A DNA stretch of 63,949 nt, filler included, from Dugesia japonica (Eukaryota), in assembly GCA_001938525.1 (NCBI GenBank). It is 5 parts of 5 records of this genome, joined end to end, with 100 filler letters (N's around TTAATTAATTAA, not from the genome) between each part and the next. Parts side by side here need not be neighbours in the genome. Positions count along the whole stretch, not along the records: positions 40,386 to 55,732 come from MQRL01646845.1; positions 55,833 to 63,949 come from MQRL01342163.1; 3 more parts are not named here. One strand, given 5' to 3'. The notes under the pieces are model-generated. The model worked only from the letters and a program-made list of their open reading frames with translations, ran no database searches and had not been told where the DNA came from. A program made the position numbers and the translations under genes. Of this stretch, positions 52,101-63,949 are shown in pieces (the stretch's first letter is position 1; the number at the start of each line of letters is the position of its first letter).

Positions 52101-54000
52101 AATCTAGCTGAAAAATCTGTTAAAACTTATCATCAGCGGAGAACCATAATATGTTAGGTAGTTGTTCCTAGTATGAACATTTTTAATTTATCATTTTACT
52201 TATTACTTAGTTCCTAAAAAAGTGAGTTAATTTTAGTTCTAATCATTGGTGTCAGTTTAACAAAAGAATTTAAATAAAATGAAACCATATTAAATAAAAG
52301 AAATCTGGTTATGGAAAGTTATATTATTGTTACTTCCATCCATTACACAATAAATTAAAGTTACAACAATAAAACTAAAAACTAACATAGACTGTATCTC
52401 GATCTGGAGCAAGCACACAGGAGTTATTTGGCCTATTATGACTACCAATTGTTTTCCACTTAACCATCATGTTGGCTTCTATAATTTCTGTAATCCATCA
52501 AGTCGGAAACCGTTATAAATCACCAATTTTAAAACGAGTAATACCTCTTCAGATAAATTCCGATCCAAAATTTGCTTGAGTATAAGTTTTGATTGTTTTT
52601 TTGCTGATTTTTTATGAAAAAAACATCGGTATTTATACCGGTTTCTTTTCACACCCTCGTCCTTTTCATTGGTTATGCCACCATTTTTATTTTTCGTACC
52701 AGGTGTTTCACCCCAACAATAGTACAAATTAATTAGTTTAAATAACAAAATAAATTACCTGTAAATGTGCTTCCTTTCATCTGAGTTTTGTTTATTAGGA
52801 GATAGAATAATGCCCGTATAGTACGTTTATGTTTTTGTCAGTCCATGTTCTTTTGTCGTCATTGTTGGTTAATGCGACTTTTGGTCCTAAGAAACTATAC
52901 AACTGGTAGATTTTCGTTTTTATTCCTAATTGTTTCACTGAGACCGGTAATTGTAACAATCAAGGTATGAGTGATGATTAGTATTTTTTAATGTTATGCC
53001 ATTGGCCTTCATTGATTCCTTCTCGCTAAGTAAGCTATAACACTTCGGTCTCAGAAAAATCCATTCTTTATATTTACTTACTTTATTTTCGTCCTTAAAC
53101 TTTCCTAATACCGAAATGAGTTCCATGTCATAAAGAGTATGGTCTGATGAGTACTTTGAAGTATCTAATAGTCTGTCTTTTAGCATCAGTGGCAATAACT
53201 TTTCCAACCTAATGTTCCCCAGCTACTATTCCTATCTCACAATTTTCTTGTTTCCTATACTTTTCTAGCTAATTGTATTGAAGTCGATACATTCGTAATT
53301 TGCTTAAATCGAGAACTGTCTGTCCTATGTAACTCGGCCTTTTCAGACACACAATATCTTTATTTAGTTGTACTGCTATTAAATCTTTATCGATCTTAAT
53401 GGTTCTCCTAAACCCTGATTTTAAGGTATAGGTCACCAACTTCTTTGCTGAATTACATATTGTGAAGTTTATTCGATTTTTCATATTTTCAAATGATTTG
53501 CCATACAAACTGTTGTTCATGAGCTTAGTAATTTTATCCAATTCATTATTTTTCAGTCCTTTATCTGGTGGTAACAGAAATGTATTGCTTGAAAAAATGA
53601 TCTTGTGAAAATCTAACTGCCCTATGAACATTTGTAACTTGCACACCCAATTGCAAGTACATTTGCAGTAATCTCCAGTGTACTACGTAACTTAACTTTG
53701 GATATGTAAACATTAATCTCTTGATCTTGCTTCTTGGAGCACATTGATGTTCGGCTGCAATAGCTAAATCACTGAGATAATCGTGAAGTTCGTTGGGAAT
53801 CTCAATGTCAACTTCTAGAGTGTATCCATATTATAACGACTCAAGATCTGCATTCTACTAAAATTACTTCAAATCCACAATATACTCATTCCAAATCTTT
53901 TTATGGTAACTTCTGGTTCAAAGCCCAACCACACAGGTTATTTATATCAATGTTTAACAACTCTGTGTTTTCATCTGACATAACATGGTGTTTGTTGATT
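49171..54000. mobile_element. Second decayed Polinton copy (lineage A): terminus-like motif at 49171, unassigned decayed interior, PolB C-terminal half
   Basis: AGTATGTATGCATGAGCGCACTGGG at 49171 and PolB at 52.8-54.0 kb; linking them into one element is inferred. Confidence 0.5.
52830..54000 (-). pseudogene. pPolB C-terminal half, lineage A
   Basis: LLNIDINNLCGWAL..LP; GYTLEVDIEIP..LAIAAEHQ (close to the 9.9-10.2 kb copy); KLMNNSLYGKSFEN; PSYIGQTVLDLSK; motif C broken at IVAG|; LGKFKDE; LRPKCYS; KANG. Confidence 0.9.
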
Positions 54001-54054
54001 TAGAAATGGTAACATTACATTTATTAATTTGTGCAAACATTAAAATAAATGTTT

Positions 54055-54360
54055 TCATTTGTTAACAATTAATCTGTATTTATCAAATAAAATTTATCAA
54101 AATGCAAAGATCAAAATTGTTGTTTTCTAACCGATATTTAATGTTTTAATTTTTTAACCAATAAAACTCGATCTTAATCGCATTAGTTCGAATTGTTTCT
54201 TATTAAGATTTTGTATCTAGAATAAACTGTTGTTGTTGTTCTTGATGAAGACTATTTCGAAATATTAAACAATCTACGAAATTTTATGAAAACAATTTGG
54301 ATTTTTGCATTTTGAAAGTTTTTTTTTTGATAAATACGGATTAATGGTTAACAAGTTTAA
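54055..54360. mobile_element. MITE-like element with ~70-bp imperfect inverted repeats
   Basis: ttgttaacaattaatctgtatttatcaaa..caaaatgcaaagatcaaaattgtt (54059-54128) is the reverse complement of 54287-54354. Confidence 0.65.
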
Positions 54361-54570
54361 TAATAGACATCTTTAATAATTAATAAATAACAGGAAAACA
54401 AATAGTATTCAGTAAAAATAATTTCTTTTAAAATATCGATTAAATTTATTCACTAAAATTTTCTTAGACAAAGTTATTGTTAAATAAACTAATTAAGTAT
54501 TAATTAATTAATACAAAAATTAATTAATAATAAAAAAATAATTAATTTAAAAAAAATATGAACATTTTAT

Positions 54571-55560
54571 TCATTGAAAAAAACACAATTTGTCAACAAA
54601 ATCTTTGGAAAAATTCCGCTTTAATAATTGAGAATTTTCGCAGCAAATAAGAAACTCCTCGAGAGCTTTATCATTATCCGGTTGCAATTTTAAATTTCTA
54701 TAAGAATCTATTAAAGTTTTAAGCGGTTGTAAAAGGTTTATGTTGAAAAATTCATGGAGATTTTTTCGTCGTTTCTTTTCAACGTTTTCTTCTTGAAGTT
54801 GATTTGATTCATTTCGAAAAAATTCCAACTGACTCATTAGAATCTCGTTTTGAACTTTTAATAATTGTAATTTATGATAAGACAATTGAGAATATTTCAA
54901 TAGTAATTCTTGATCTTTAGCTCGAATTTTACTATTATAATTTTCTATCATTTCACCAATTTGTTTATTCTTTTTACTATTATGAAATATTAAATAAGAA
55001 AACTGAGCAACTATTTCCAAAAGATCTTTATGATGAGATTTATAATGAGCAAATGAATTTTTGAATTCATCATTTTGTTGGCTGATAAATTCTTTACTTA
55101 AACCAATTTTCGATTGAACAGAAATGAGTATCATAATTTTATACAAATCAAGCAGTTTTTTCTCTAAATGTATTATGTCAAATACATTTAATGAACTAGC
55201 ACTTGAAATGGTTTGATGGAAATTTTTTGAAGACGGAAAGATATTATTATGTCGATAAAGAATAAATAAATTATTTGGAAATTTATCATTTATACAATTT
55301 GATGTGCATATAAATAATAAATTTCTGAGTTTATTTGCTAGATTTAACAACTCTGATATTTCTGAATGTGAAATAGTACACTGATCACCAAAAAACTTAA
55401 TTTGAAATACATTTTTAAGTTTATTGATAAATTGTAATAGATTATTATAAATATTCTGGAAATTGTCTTGTTGTTGTTGAATATTTTGCTGAATGATGAA
55501 AATTTGCCTTTCTAGCAAAACTATTTGATTTTTTAAACTTTTAATTTTTAACAAACTCAT
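54571..55560 (-). CDS. Hypothetical coiled-coil protein (329 aa)
   Basis: Uninterrupted ~1-kb ORF in very AT-rich DNA with Q/L/E/K heptad-like stretches; no family recognised. Confidence 0.55.
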   Translation of the reverse strand: MSLLKIKSLKNQIVLLERQIFIIQQNIQQQQDNFQNIYNNLLQFINKLKNVFQIKFFGDQCTISHSEISELLNLANKLRNLLFICTSNCINDKFPNNLFILYRHNNIFPSSKNFHQTISSASSLNVFDIIHLEKKLLDLYKIMILISVQSKIGLSKEFISQQNDEFKNSFAHYKSHHKDLLEIVAQFSYLIFHNSKKNKQIGEMIENYNSKIRAKDQELLLKYSQLSYHKLQLLKVQNEILMSQLEFFRNESNQLQEENVEKKRRKNLHEFFNINLLQPLKTLIDSYRNLKLQPDNDKALEEFLICCENSQLLKRNFSKDFVDKLCFFQ

Positions 55561-55832
55561 AAAAGTCTATTCTCATATAGTTTTTATAATTACAAAATTT
55601 TTTTTATAAAAATTGATATTTCAAAATGTGATTATTAGAACTCTAGACAATGATTGATTAAAAGAAAGATTAATTTAAATTCTAATTCACAAATGTAATA
55701 ATAAAAAATGAAGTAATTTAATTATTAAATACNNNNNNNNNNNNNNNNNNNNNNNNNNNNNNNNNNNNNNNNNNNNTTAATTAATTAANNNNNNNNNNNN
55801 NNNNNNNNNNNNNNNNNNNNNNNNNNNNNNNN

Positions 55833-56236
55833 TTTTTAGTAATATCTTTTAAGTTAGGATCTTCAATAATATTTTTTAAATATTTATGTATTGCATTTCC
55901 TTGCCACGGATTTAAATAAATACCACTGCCTGTTTTATTTTTACTGGTTTTAGCTTTTTCTAAAAGTTCAATCTCTTTTTGTTTTTTAATAGCATCTCTA
56001 GAATTTGAAACAGTAGATGCAATTCCAGATGCAATACTAGCAGTTCCAGCTAACGCACCAATAATTGCTGGTATTGCAGCTAAAAATGCAAATCCTCCTT
56101 CATGTGATTTCTTTTTTAATTCATCTTTAACTTTTTTACTAATAAAATAATTTTTACCATCTATCTTTACAGATTTACATTTCTTTGCATTTATTATCTT
56201 TTCTAATTCTTCTTTAGTTACATTTGTGTTGCTCAT
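55833..56236 (-). CDS. Polinton/adintovirus core-type protein with GG-F hydrophobic segment (3' end in gap)
   Basis: KKSHEGGFAFLAAIPAIIGALAGTASIASGIA...GSGIYLNPWQG matches the Maverick GGFL..AG..GG.A..G.GLYL.PY.G family; directly downstream of PolB. Confidence 0.75.
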
Positions 56237-56319
56237 TTTCTTTTATATAAAAATTGAGTATATGTTAAATTTTTATTTATTAAATCTAATACTAAATAAC
56301 ATTGATTACAGAAAGAACA

Positions 56320-59300
56320 TTCATATTCTCTTCCATGTCCTTAAGTTGTTATTCCATCATCTTCAATAATTCTTTTATCGTCATATTATTAAAGCAATAT
56401 TTTCTTGTTCTACAATTTGAATTTCATGTAAGTTAGATCTTAATGAAAAATTTGTTCCATAAATCTTTTTCTTTGGATCTTTTAAAACTTCATCAAAATC
56501 TTTCATTAATAGTTTATTATTTTTCTTTACACCTTTATTTTTTAAATCAAATACTTCACAATCATTGATAATATAACTAAAACCATAAGATTTTGCTTTT
56601 ATAAAATTAGCTTGAATTATTTCAGAATTAGGCATTTCGTCTTTCATCTGAAATAAACCATCCTCTAGTAAAGTTTGTAATTTTGTTAAATTATCTTCAC
56701 TATATTGAATTTTATAATTATCATTTCCAATAAATGGATCCATTTGATTATATACAAAATCATACATTACTTCTTTTGCATATTCTAAAATGGTAAATCC
56801 AATATATGGAAATTTATTATATTTTAAATTACCTTTTATCATGTTCATTGCCGCAACTTCTGCTTCATTAGTATCATTTCTTGTGAAGATTTTACTAGAT
56901 TTAAAATTACTTTAGATGCAAACTTTTGATAGTCTTTGTTACTATCTACAATTTCTATGTTGCATCTATTTCTTATATTCTCGAGTGTTTTTCCATAAAA
57001 TGCATTTAACATTAATTTATAAATGTAATCGCCAAACACATCTCTATTTCTTTTAGCTTCTTTTCTTAAAATCACTAATTTTAGAACATGATTTTTAAAC
57101 CATGGGGATGTTGGCATTTTAATTTTCTTATGAACTTTTGTTAATTTCATCCCAAGTTTTAAATATAAATCTAATGGTGATCCAAGTACAACATAATTTT
57201 TCTTATTAAAATGATTTAATGTGAGTTTTATATTATCCTTTGATATTTTCTTATTAAAACCTTTTTGATAATTGCTTAACATTTCAGGTCTAATATTTAT
57301 TCTTTCTGGTGCTAATGNGAAATATTTAGTTTTATCATGTATTTCTCTTGGGTAATCAAGATCAACTTCATAAATGTAATTTAATGAGTCGGTTGCTATT
57401 TCATGTGGTAAATCTTTACACTCATATAATTCACCTGTGGGTAATGGTTTAGTCATCCAACTGGCGTAAAGACTATTTTCATCAATATATTTTATAAATG
57501 AGTCTTCATAATAATGATCTGAAATTTCTTGTCTCGAATTCATAATTTTTCTTAAATCTTCAAACTGTGCTTTATTTAGTTGTCTAATATGTGGATCTTT
57601 ATTTTTATTATAACTAAATACTTGTCTATTTCCTAAAACTCCAGAATAACCACCTCTAATTCCTGATTCAATTGTTAAGAAAATGTCATATGTTTCAACT
57701 TTGGCGTATTTAAGTTTTACATTTGCATTTAACATTCCTGTATCCCATGCATAACCTGGAGCTGAATATGAATAAGATGGATACAATTTAAGAATATTAT
57801 TTAGACATGAATTTCTTAAGTTTTCTAGGAAATCTGTAAGAATTAATACGTCAAGTTTCATGTAATGTAATATGTATTCCCACATATTTTTAAAATCTAA
57901 ATAATCTATTAAAAATTCATCATATTCATCGTTAGATATTCTTTTTTGTGTAAGTGTATTGATGAAATCTTTTTTAGTTGGTGTTTTATTTGATTTTATT
58001 AATTCTTTCACTTCTTGAATATTATTTCCTTTCACATATTTATATAGAAAGTGTGCTTTTTTCGGTCTTAAATTGAAAGAATTTAATGTTGGATAATTAT
58101 TAGATTGACTTAATATTTTTCCCATTACTTCAACTGATGTATTTGTAAGTAATCTCGCGGAGTCAAAAAATTTAATATTTCCAAAATCAAATAAAATATA
58201 ATTATCAGATGAATGGGGAAGTATTCTTTTAACTTTTCCTGGAAATTTTGTTAATAGTTCCCTAAAGAATAAATGATTATCATAACCTGATGCGTTATGA
58301 AAATAAAATGGTATAAATAAATTTTTAATTGAAAGATCATTTATGTTACAATTATTACACGACCACCCTCTAAATTCTCCATTAAAATGGTTATGATCTT
58401 TAACTGGAGTGTCACATATAACATTTTCACAATATCTACATTTTGTTTCTTCGGATAATTCTGGATTCTCTCCTGTGTATTCTTTTATTAATTTATTTGC
58501 TTTGATATCTTCTAATGTATCATTAACTTCTTCTAAAAATTTAAAGAATTCATCATAAATGTTATCTCCTGAAAATTCATATTTGCTTTTTAATAAATTT
58601 GTGTAATCACTTTTGAGATAAATCCCTAATGATAATGCTTTTTGTTTTTTAGTAAGTGTATCTGTGTAAGCTTCAAAATCTCCAAGAAGCACAAATGGAA
58701 TTTTGTTTTTCTGGTAAAATTTATTAAAATAATAATAATCATTATATTCAAATACAATGTTGTTTGGCTTGTGTTTAATGCATGCATTTTGATGTTTTAT
58801 TAAAACTGCTTCGCTTGAATAGCAATTCATACATCTTATGCATGGATAATTTCTATTTCCATTTGTTGCAAAAAATACAGTTAGATCTCTGCATAAAATG
58901 TAATGATTTTTATATTTTAACAAATTACATTTATTTTCTTCTGGTGTTGGATTTCTTGTGTAATGTGAAATATGTAAGGGCTCCAGTTTTTTATTATCAT
59001 TTACACCAAACACATTTATTTGAAAATTATTTAATTTTTCAAATTTACTTATCTCATCGATGTTCATTGGAAAATTAAAACCATCATATTTTAATTCTGT
59101 TAAATATGGAAAATAATTACTTGCACATGTTGGCTTTTCAATTAGATATTTATGTGCTAAAATTGAATATAGAAAACATTTGTTATCTTTATTTTCTATA
59201 TTAATAACGCCAGGTTTTCTAAATGGTAATTTGCAATATGTTGCGCCTGCTAATGATTGATATTTAGAAAGATCTAATTTAAAATCTATAATATGTGACA

Positions 59301-59998
59301 TACTCCATCCTGATCCTTCTCTATCTTCATCTTCAATATATCTTTGTAATTCATCAAACATTACATTGATGCCATTTTTAATTTCACTTTCTAATATAAA
59401 TCTTTTATTTGATGAATATGATGTAAAATCTTTTTCAACATGTTTATTATTTATTTCTTTTTCATATCTGCATTTAACCATCATACTTATAACAATCTTT
59501 TTTCCATATCTTAAATATTTTGTGACAATTTCTTCTACTTCCTTTTGAAATATATAAATATTATTAACTGTTTCATATATTTCATCTACATTTAATTTCA
59601 TTTCCACTTTACTCTCTTTGAAATATTCAATTTTATAATCTTCATATTCTTTTAATAATTCTCTAATTTCTAATTTAGAATTAATTACTTCTCCACCTGA
59701 TTGATTACGCACCATTTTTTTNATGTCTGTCACAATTATAATGTGCTCTTGCATGATTTTGTCTTGTAAATCTTTTGTTACAAATTTCACAGAATAATGG
59801 AACAATCTCTGGATTACCAAATCTTGTTGCATTTAAATGTTCTTGTAGTCCATTTTCTGAATTGAATTTTTTACGACATTTGTCACATTCAAATTCTTCA
59901 TTTACTCTGTAACAAATTCTAAATCTAACATGGGCTTTCAACCCAGCTAAGCTTTTAAACACTTTATTATAATTATTAAATTTGTTTGTATCACTCAT
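56320..59998 (-). pseudogene. Near-complete protein-primed PolB (lineage B) with N-terminal C2H2 zinc fingers
   Basis: C2H2 fingers (CDKC..F..L..H; CEIC..F..H..H) joined across an ambiguous homopolymer (n at 59722) to QSGG, EGSGW, INIENKDNKCF, LGDFE, KDHNHFNGEFRGWSCNNCN, FHNASGYD, FFDS, GIRGG, YIDENSLY, YKLMLNAFYGKTLEN. Frameshifts at ~56900 and ~56390; motif C absent (IQYS|EDN); QMKDE, KAKSY, KNKGV present. Confidence 0.93.
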
Positions 59999-60119
59999 TT
60001 TCTAAAGGAATAATTTAATCATAGACACAATAAAATGGTGTAGATTTTATTTCCTCTTTTTATTTTATATTTTTTCCTCTTAAACATTATTTCCTCTTTA
60101 AATAATGTAACATTCGAGA

Positions 60120-60475
60120 TGTTACACTAAATAAGTTACTCCGTTTATTTTTTCCTAAAAATATTACACTAAAAATATTACACTAAAAATATTACACTAA
60201 AANNNNNNNNNNNAAAATATTACACTAAAAATATTACACTAAAAATATTACACTAAAAATATTACACTAAAAATATTGCATTAAAAATATTGCATTAAAA
60301 ATATTACACTAAAAATATTACACTAAAAATATTGCATTAAAAATATTGCACTAAAAATATTGCATTAAAAATATTGCATTAAAAATATTGCATTAAAATA
60401 TGTCAGATTAAAATATTACACTAAAAATAATGCATTAAAAATATTACACTAAAAATATTACACTAAAAATATTAT
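60120..60475. repeat. 14-bp tandem array (AAAAATATTACACT / AAAAATATTGCATT), roughly 22 copies
   Basis: Directly visible; two alternating variants; starts ~120-160 nt upstream of the PolB start. Confidence 0.95.
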
Positions 60476-60569
60476 TTATATTTTTTTATGGTACGGGTAG
60501 TATACCATATGGTTCCTAAAAGTTATTATTATATTACTTATATATTATATGAAATACATATATGAAATA

Positions 60570-62900
60570 TTAGACAATGATTTTAAAAATGTTTATCTTT
60601 TAACATATGATATATGATCATTAAATTGTCAGTAAAGTAACAACTTAGTATAGTATGAATTTGGAGACGACCCATTAAGAATTCCGTAAAGTAACATCAT
60701 AAAACAGTACATAACTACAGTACTGTAATAAATTATATTATTACAAAAAAATTAGAAAATTTTAAGTGTTAAATTATAATTTTTTTGTAAAAATAATTTT
60801 ATATTATTTGCGAGAGTTCATTGAATAATAAGTGAGACAAGAAGAAAGTATTTAAAATATTAAAATTTACTATATAATAACCATGAAGTAAAATTTGAAA
60901 TTGATCTTGATATTAAAAATACAAAATAAAATTAAAAAATCAGAATTGGTAAAACTTACCCAAGGTTAAGGTTTTTTATAACAATAAATGGCCTTAGTCA
61001 TAAGGAATTTAATACTAATAATGATCAAACCATTGATAATGAAAGTCAAGTAATCTTTTTAACTTTATTACATGGTTGTGGAATACATTAATATTTAAAA
61101 AACACCAGAAACTCTCAAGACTGTAAATTAAGATAGTTTCCAAAATGATTTAATTTCATAAGCTGAAAAGTTGAAAAATGGCAGGGATTTAAAATTATAA
61201 CGGGATGAAAATAAAATACTTTTTATCCCCTTAACTATTTTAATTAGAATGGAGAAATTTATGAGTTTTCTACTAAAAGGTAATAAAATTGCTTCTAACA
61301 CTACAGGGATATCAGTTTTAAAACAATTAATTTTTGAATGTGAAAAATATAATAATTTAGTTAATACAGATACTACAGACAGTCACATAGGAAGGTTAGA
61401 ACGATCGGAAGGCACCATTTTTGGGTAGCACTATTGTTTATATTAATCAATGAAGATGGATGAATTACCCATATCAATTTTATTCCAATAGCAGTTTCAT
61501 AATTAATTAAAAATATTCCTCTATAACTTTTTCAAAACAATAAAAAATTGCACTGAATTGAATCAATTTTCCTGACGTTGTGTGAATGTTGTGAGAAGGA
61601 GTCAAATTTTAGAGACGGTCCGGGCAGCATATACCATCAATACGCCACTGACTACAGAATCTGTAACATTACAAGAATGATTATCTTTTGAAAAACACTT
61701 ATAACTACATCAATTGAAAAAATATAAAATAATGATGTAAAAGTATTTGTAAATAAATAGGCATGTAAAAATTCTTTTTCATTGATACCAAAATAAATCC
61801 AGATATTATATTCCCCATAACAGTTATTCCTAAAATAATAATTGGCGAAAGTTTTGAAAATAGGAATTATCTAAATATAATAATTGATAATACTGTACTT
61901 TTTCCAGTATTAACAAATAATCAGATACATGTCATCATAAACAATAAAATTGATATCTTGTCAACAGTTTTTCCATTTAATAAAGAATTAGAAAATTTTA
62001 TAATGGGTTATTAATCTTATGATGAAGATGAAAGCATATTTGTTATTTATACAAATAAACAAGCAACTAATAGTGGATATTTAAAAGAACTAAGATATAT
62101 TGTATCCATAAATATAATAAAATATATTGAAAACAGTTAAATCAGAAATAACAGACATCTTAAATTTTGAAAATATATTTATTATTTACATTTTAATATA
62201 CAAACAAAACTTCAAGGTTACATTTATTTCCAACTAAAACGTTAACAATATAAAATAGAAATAGTGAAACAATAAGAAATTAAAAAAATGAACAAAAGCT
62301 GTTGATATTGAAAATCTTAAACTTGTCAACATTAAAACTTCTGACTTCAGAACTAAAGAAACTATTCAAAATGGATGACAGCAAAAACCTTGCGAAAAAG
62401 AGATTAATAAATTAAATTCTTTTAAAGCCAAAAAATAAAGTTGTATTTCACAAATCACCATACCCAAGAAACGTTCATCCGACAATTGAAGACTTTTCCC
62501 AGTAGTGTGATAACGAAAAAAATTATTCTTGAGTAAGAAATATTTTTACTTAGAGAATTAGCTACTAAAAACCACATTTTTATATGGGAAAGCAACTTTT
62601 AAAAATTCTTAAAAAATTAAAAGATTATAAATGAATAGTAAAGGATAAATATAAACGTTGGAAACAAAAATATGTGATTAATTACTCAGGTAAAATACCT
62701 GTGAAATAAAATTGATAACATGAACTTATCAATTATATTGTCAATGCTTTCTTCTAAATTTTCTATTAGTATATCTGAACAAAAAACAACTAGAGAATTT
62801 AAAATAATATTTCAAATTCCAATAAATTTAAACCAAAGTTTTAATTATGAATTTGGAATTTTATTGTCTTGCTGCTATAACCATTAAACCGATTTATTAT
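60570..62900 (+). pseudogene. Heavily decayed putative Polinton structural-gene region; penton-like start at ~62720
   Basis: MNLSII...TREFKIIFQIPINLNQSFNYEFGILLSCCYN resembles the minor capsid F..PI.L....YE.GL....YN motif; the upstream part is coding-like but full of stops. Confidence 0.4.
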
Positions 62901-62999
62901 TTAAATCAAATAAAGTTGTACTACCTCTGTACCATAAAAAAGTGAATTTGTAGGTTTCAATATTAATTTTGTTTTAATGAGCTATTTTGTTTATTTTTA

Positions 63000-63460
63000 T
63001 GAAAACTTTTCAAATTTTCAAATTGATACACTTTCAGAAGAAACACTAACTTTTCTTTTCAACACTAAATCACGTATCATAAACCACATTATTGCTTCNN
63101 NNGGATCGGCTGTTGATATTAAGCATAACTGATAAGTAAAATATACATTTTCATTCTTATTCACCTAAAATCTACAAATCCATTTTGTTATGGGACAGAG
63201 ATTGTACATCATTTACAGATTCCACATTATTACATGATTTGATAATGTTTCAATATGAATGGAGTCAATATTTTTTTCACTTTCCAAAACTATTTGTTGA
63301 TGCTGTTCAGTTTCTAGTAATGTTTGTGTATTGGAGTATTCCGCTTATTGTAGCTTTGTTTTTTTTTCAAAAACTAGCCATCCAATCTCTAATCTTTTTC
63401 TATTCATTTTCAATTTCTCTTTTCTAGCATCAGCTCCACTTAAATTTCTTCCCAACATAC
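63000..63460 (-). pseudogene. Possible hAT-type transposase N-terminal remnant
   Basis: MLGRNLSGADARKEKLK resembles the LSGA..RK.K start of many hAT/ZMYM-like transposases; the rest is decayed. Confidence 0.3.
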
Positions 63461-63509
63461 TAAAAATTTTAAAAAGAAAATATTTTTTAACGTTATTAAG
63501 ACTCGAAAT

Positions 63510-63949
63510 GTAAACTTGTTTTTTCGGTAAAAAGATGCTCCATATTATTTTGAAAGAATGCCAATTGGAATTGCCGCTTCTCCTGCTTCTTTTAAAAAAT
63601 TGACGAATAAAGTTTTAGATCCCGTAAATTGAATAAATTAATGGTTTATCTAGATAAATTTTTAATTTTTTCAAATCTATTAAANAGTATTATAAAATAA
63701 TTGATAATATTTTGAAACTTATAAAAAGAAACATGTTTAGAAATACGTCCATTTAGATGTCATTTCATTGAAAACTAAATCAATTTTCTCAGTCATAGTA
63801 TTAATTTAAAGACGACATAATTGAAGTAATATTTAATTTTGAAATTCTAAATGTGTTAAAATGTTGTGAATTATATTGGACATTTATGTAGGACTTTGCA
63901 TATTATTCAAAATGTTCAGAAAACATTTATTGTAATAACCAAAATAAAT
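63510..63949 (+). pseudogene. Ty3/Gypsy reverse transcriptase fragment
   Basis: FERMPIGIAASPASFKKL.NKVL...LMVYLDKFLIFS. Confidence 0.75.

Overview
Very AT-rich eukaryotic (animal-like) draft scaffold with mostly tiny (~40-60 nt) GT-AG introns. This resembles a compact invertebrate genome such as an orthonectid, but that is inference only. Four N44-TTAATTAATTAA-N44 linkers (11092, 24217, 40330, 55777) are artificial contig joins, so adjacency across them is unproven. Host genes: a mitofusin/dynamin-like GTPase fragment, a membrane adenylate cyclase (ADCY9-like), an invadolysin/leishmanolysin (M8) gene largely missed by the ORF track and lacking a recognisable HEXXH, PPIE/Cyp33 (RRM + cyclophilin), COQ10, and an orphan coiled-coil ORF. 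Much of the rest is decayed mobile DNA: Polinton/Maverick (adintovirus-like) elements of at least two lineages, Ty3/Gypsy, Penelope, LINE, mariner, Tc1/IS630, Zator-like and hAT-like remnants, and MITEs. The most interesting signals concern the endogenous virus-like elements. (i) A recurring 25-nt terminus motif, AGTAGnnnnATAGTAGCGCACTG, is organised like a protein-primed origin. (ii) Arrays of host transcription-factor sites lie just inside these termini: six perfect AP-1/GCN4 ATGASTCAT sites at one, and a 26-bp-period E2F+CHR (DREAM-type) composite array at another. (iii) Two divergent pPolB copies have each lost catalytic motif C (DTDS), with the lesion starting inside the first Asp codon. 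All assignments come from manual translation and motif recognition; no database searches were run.
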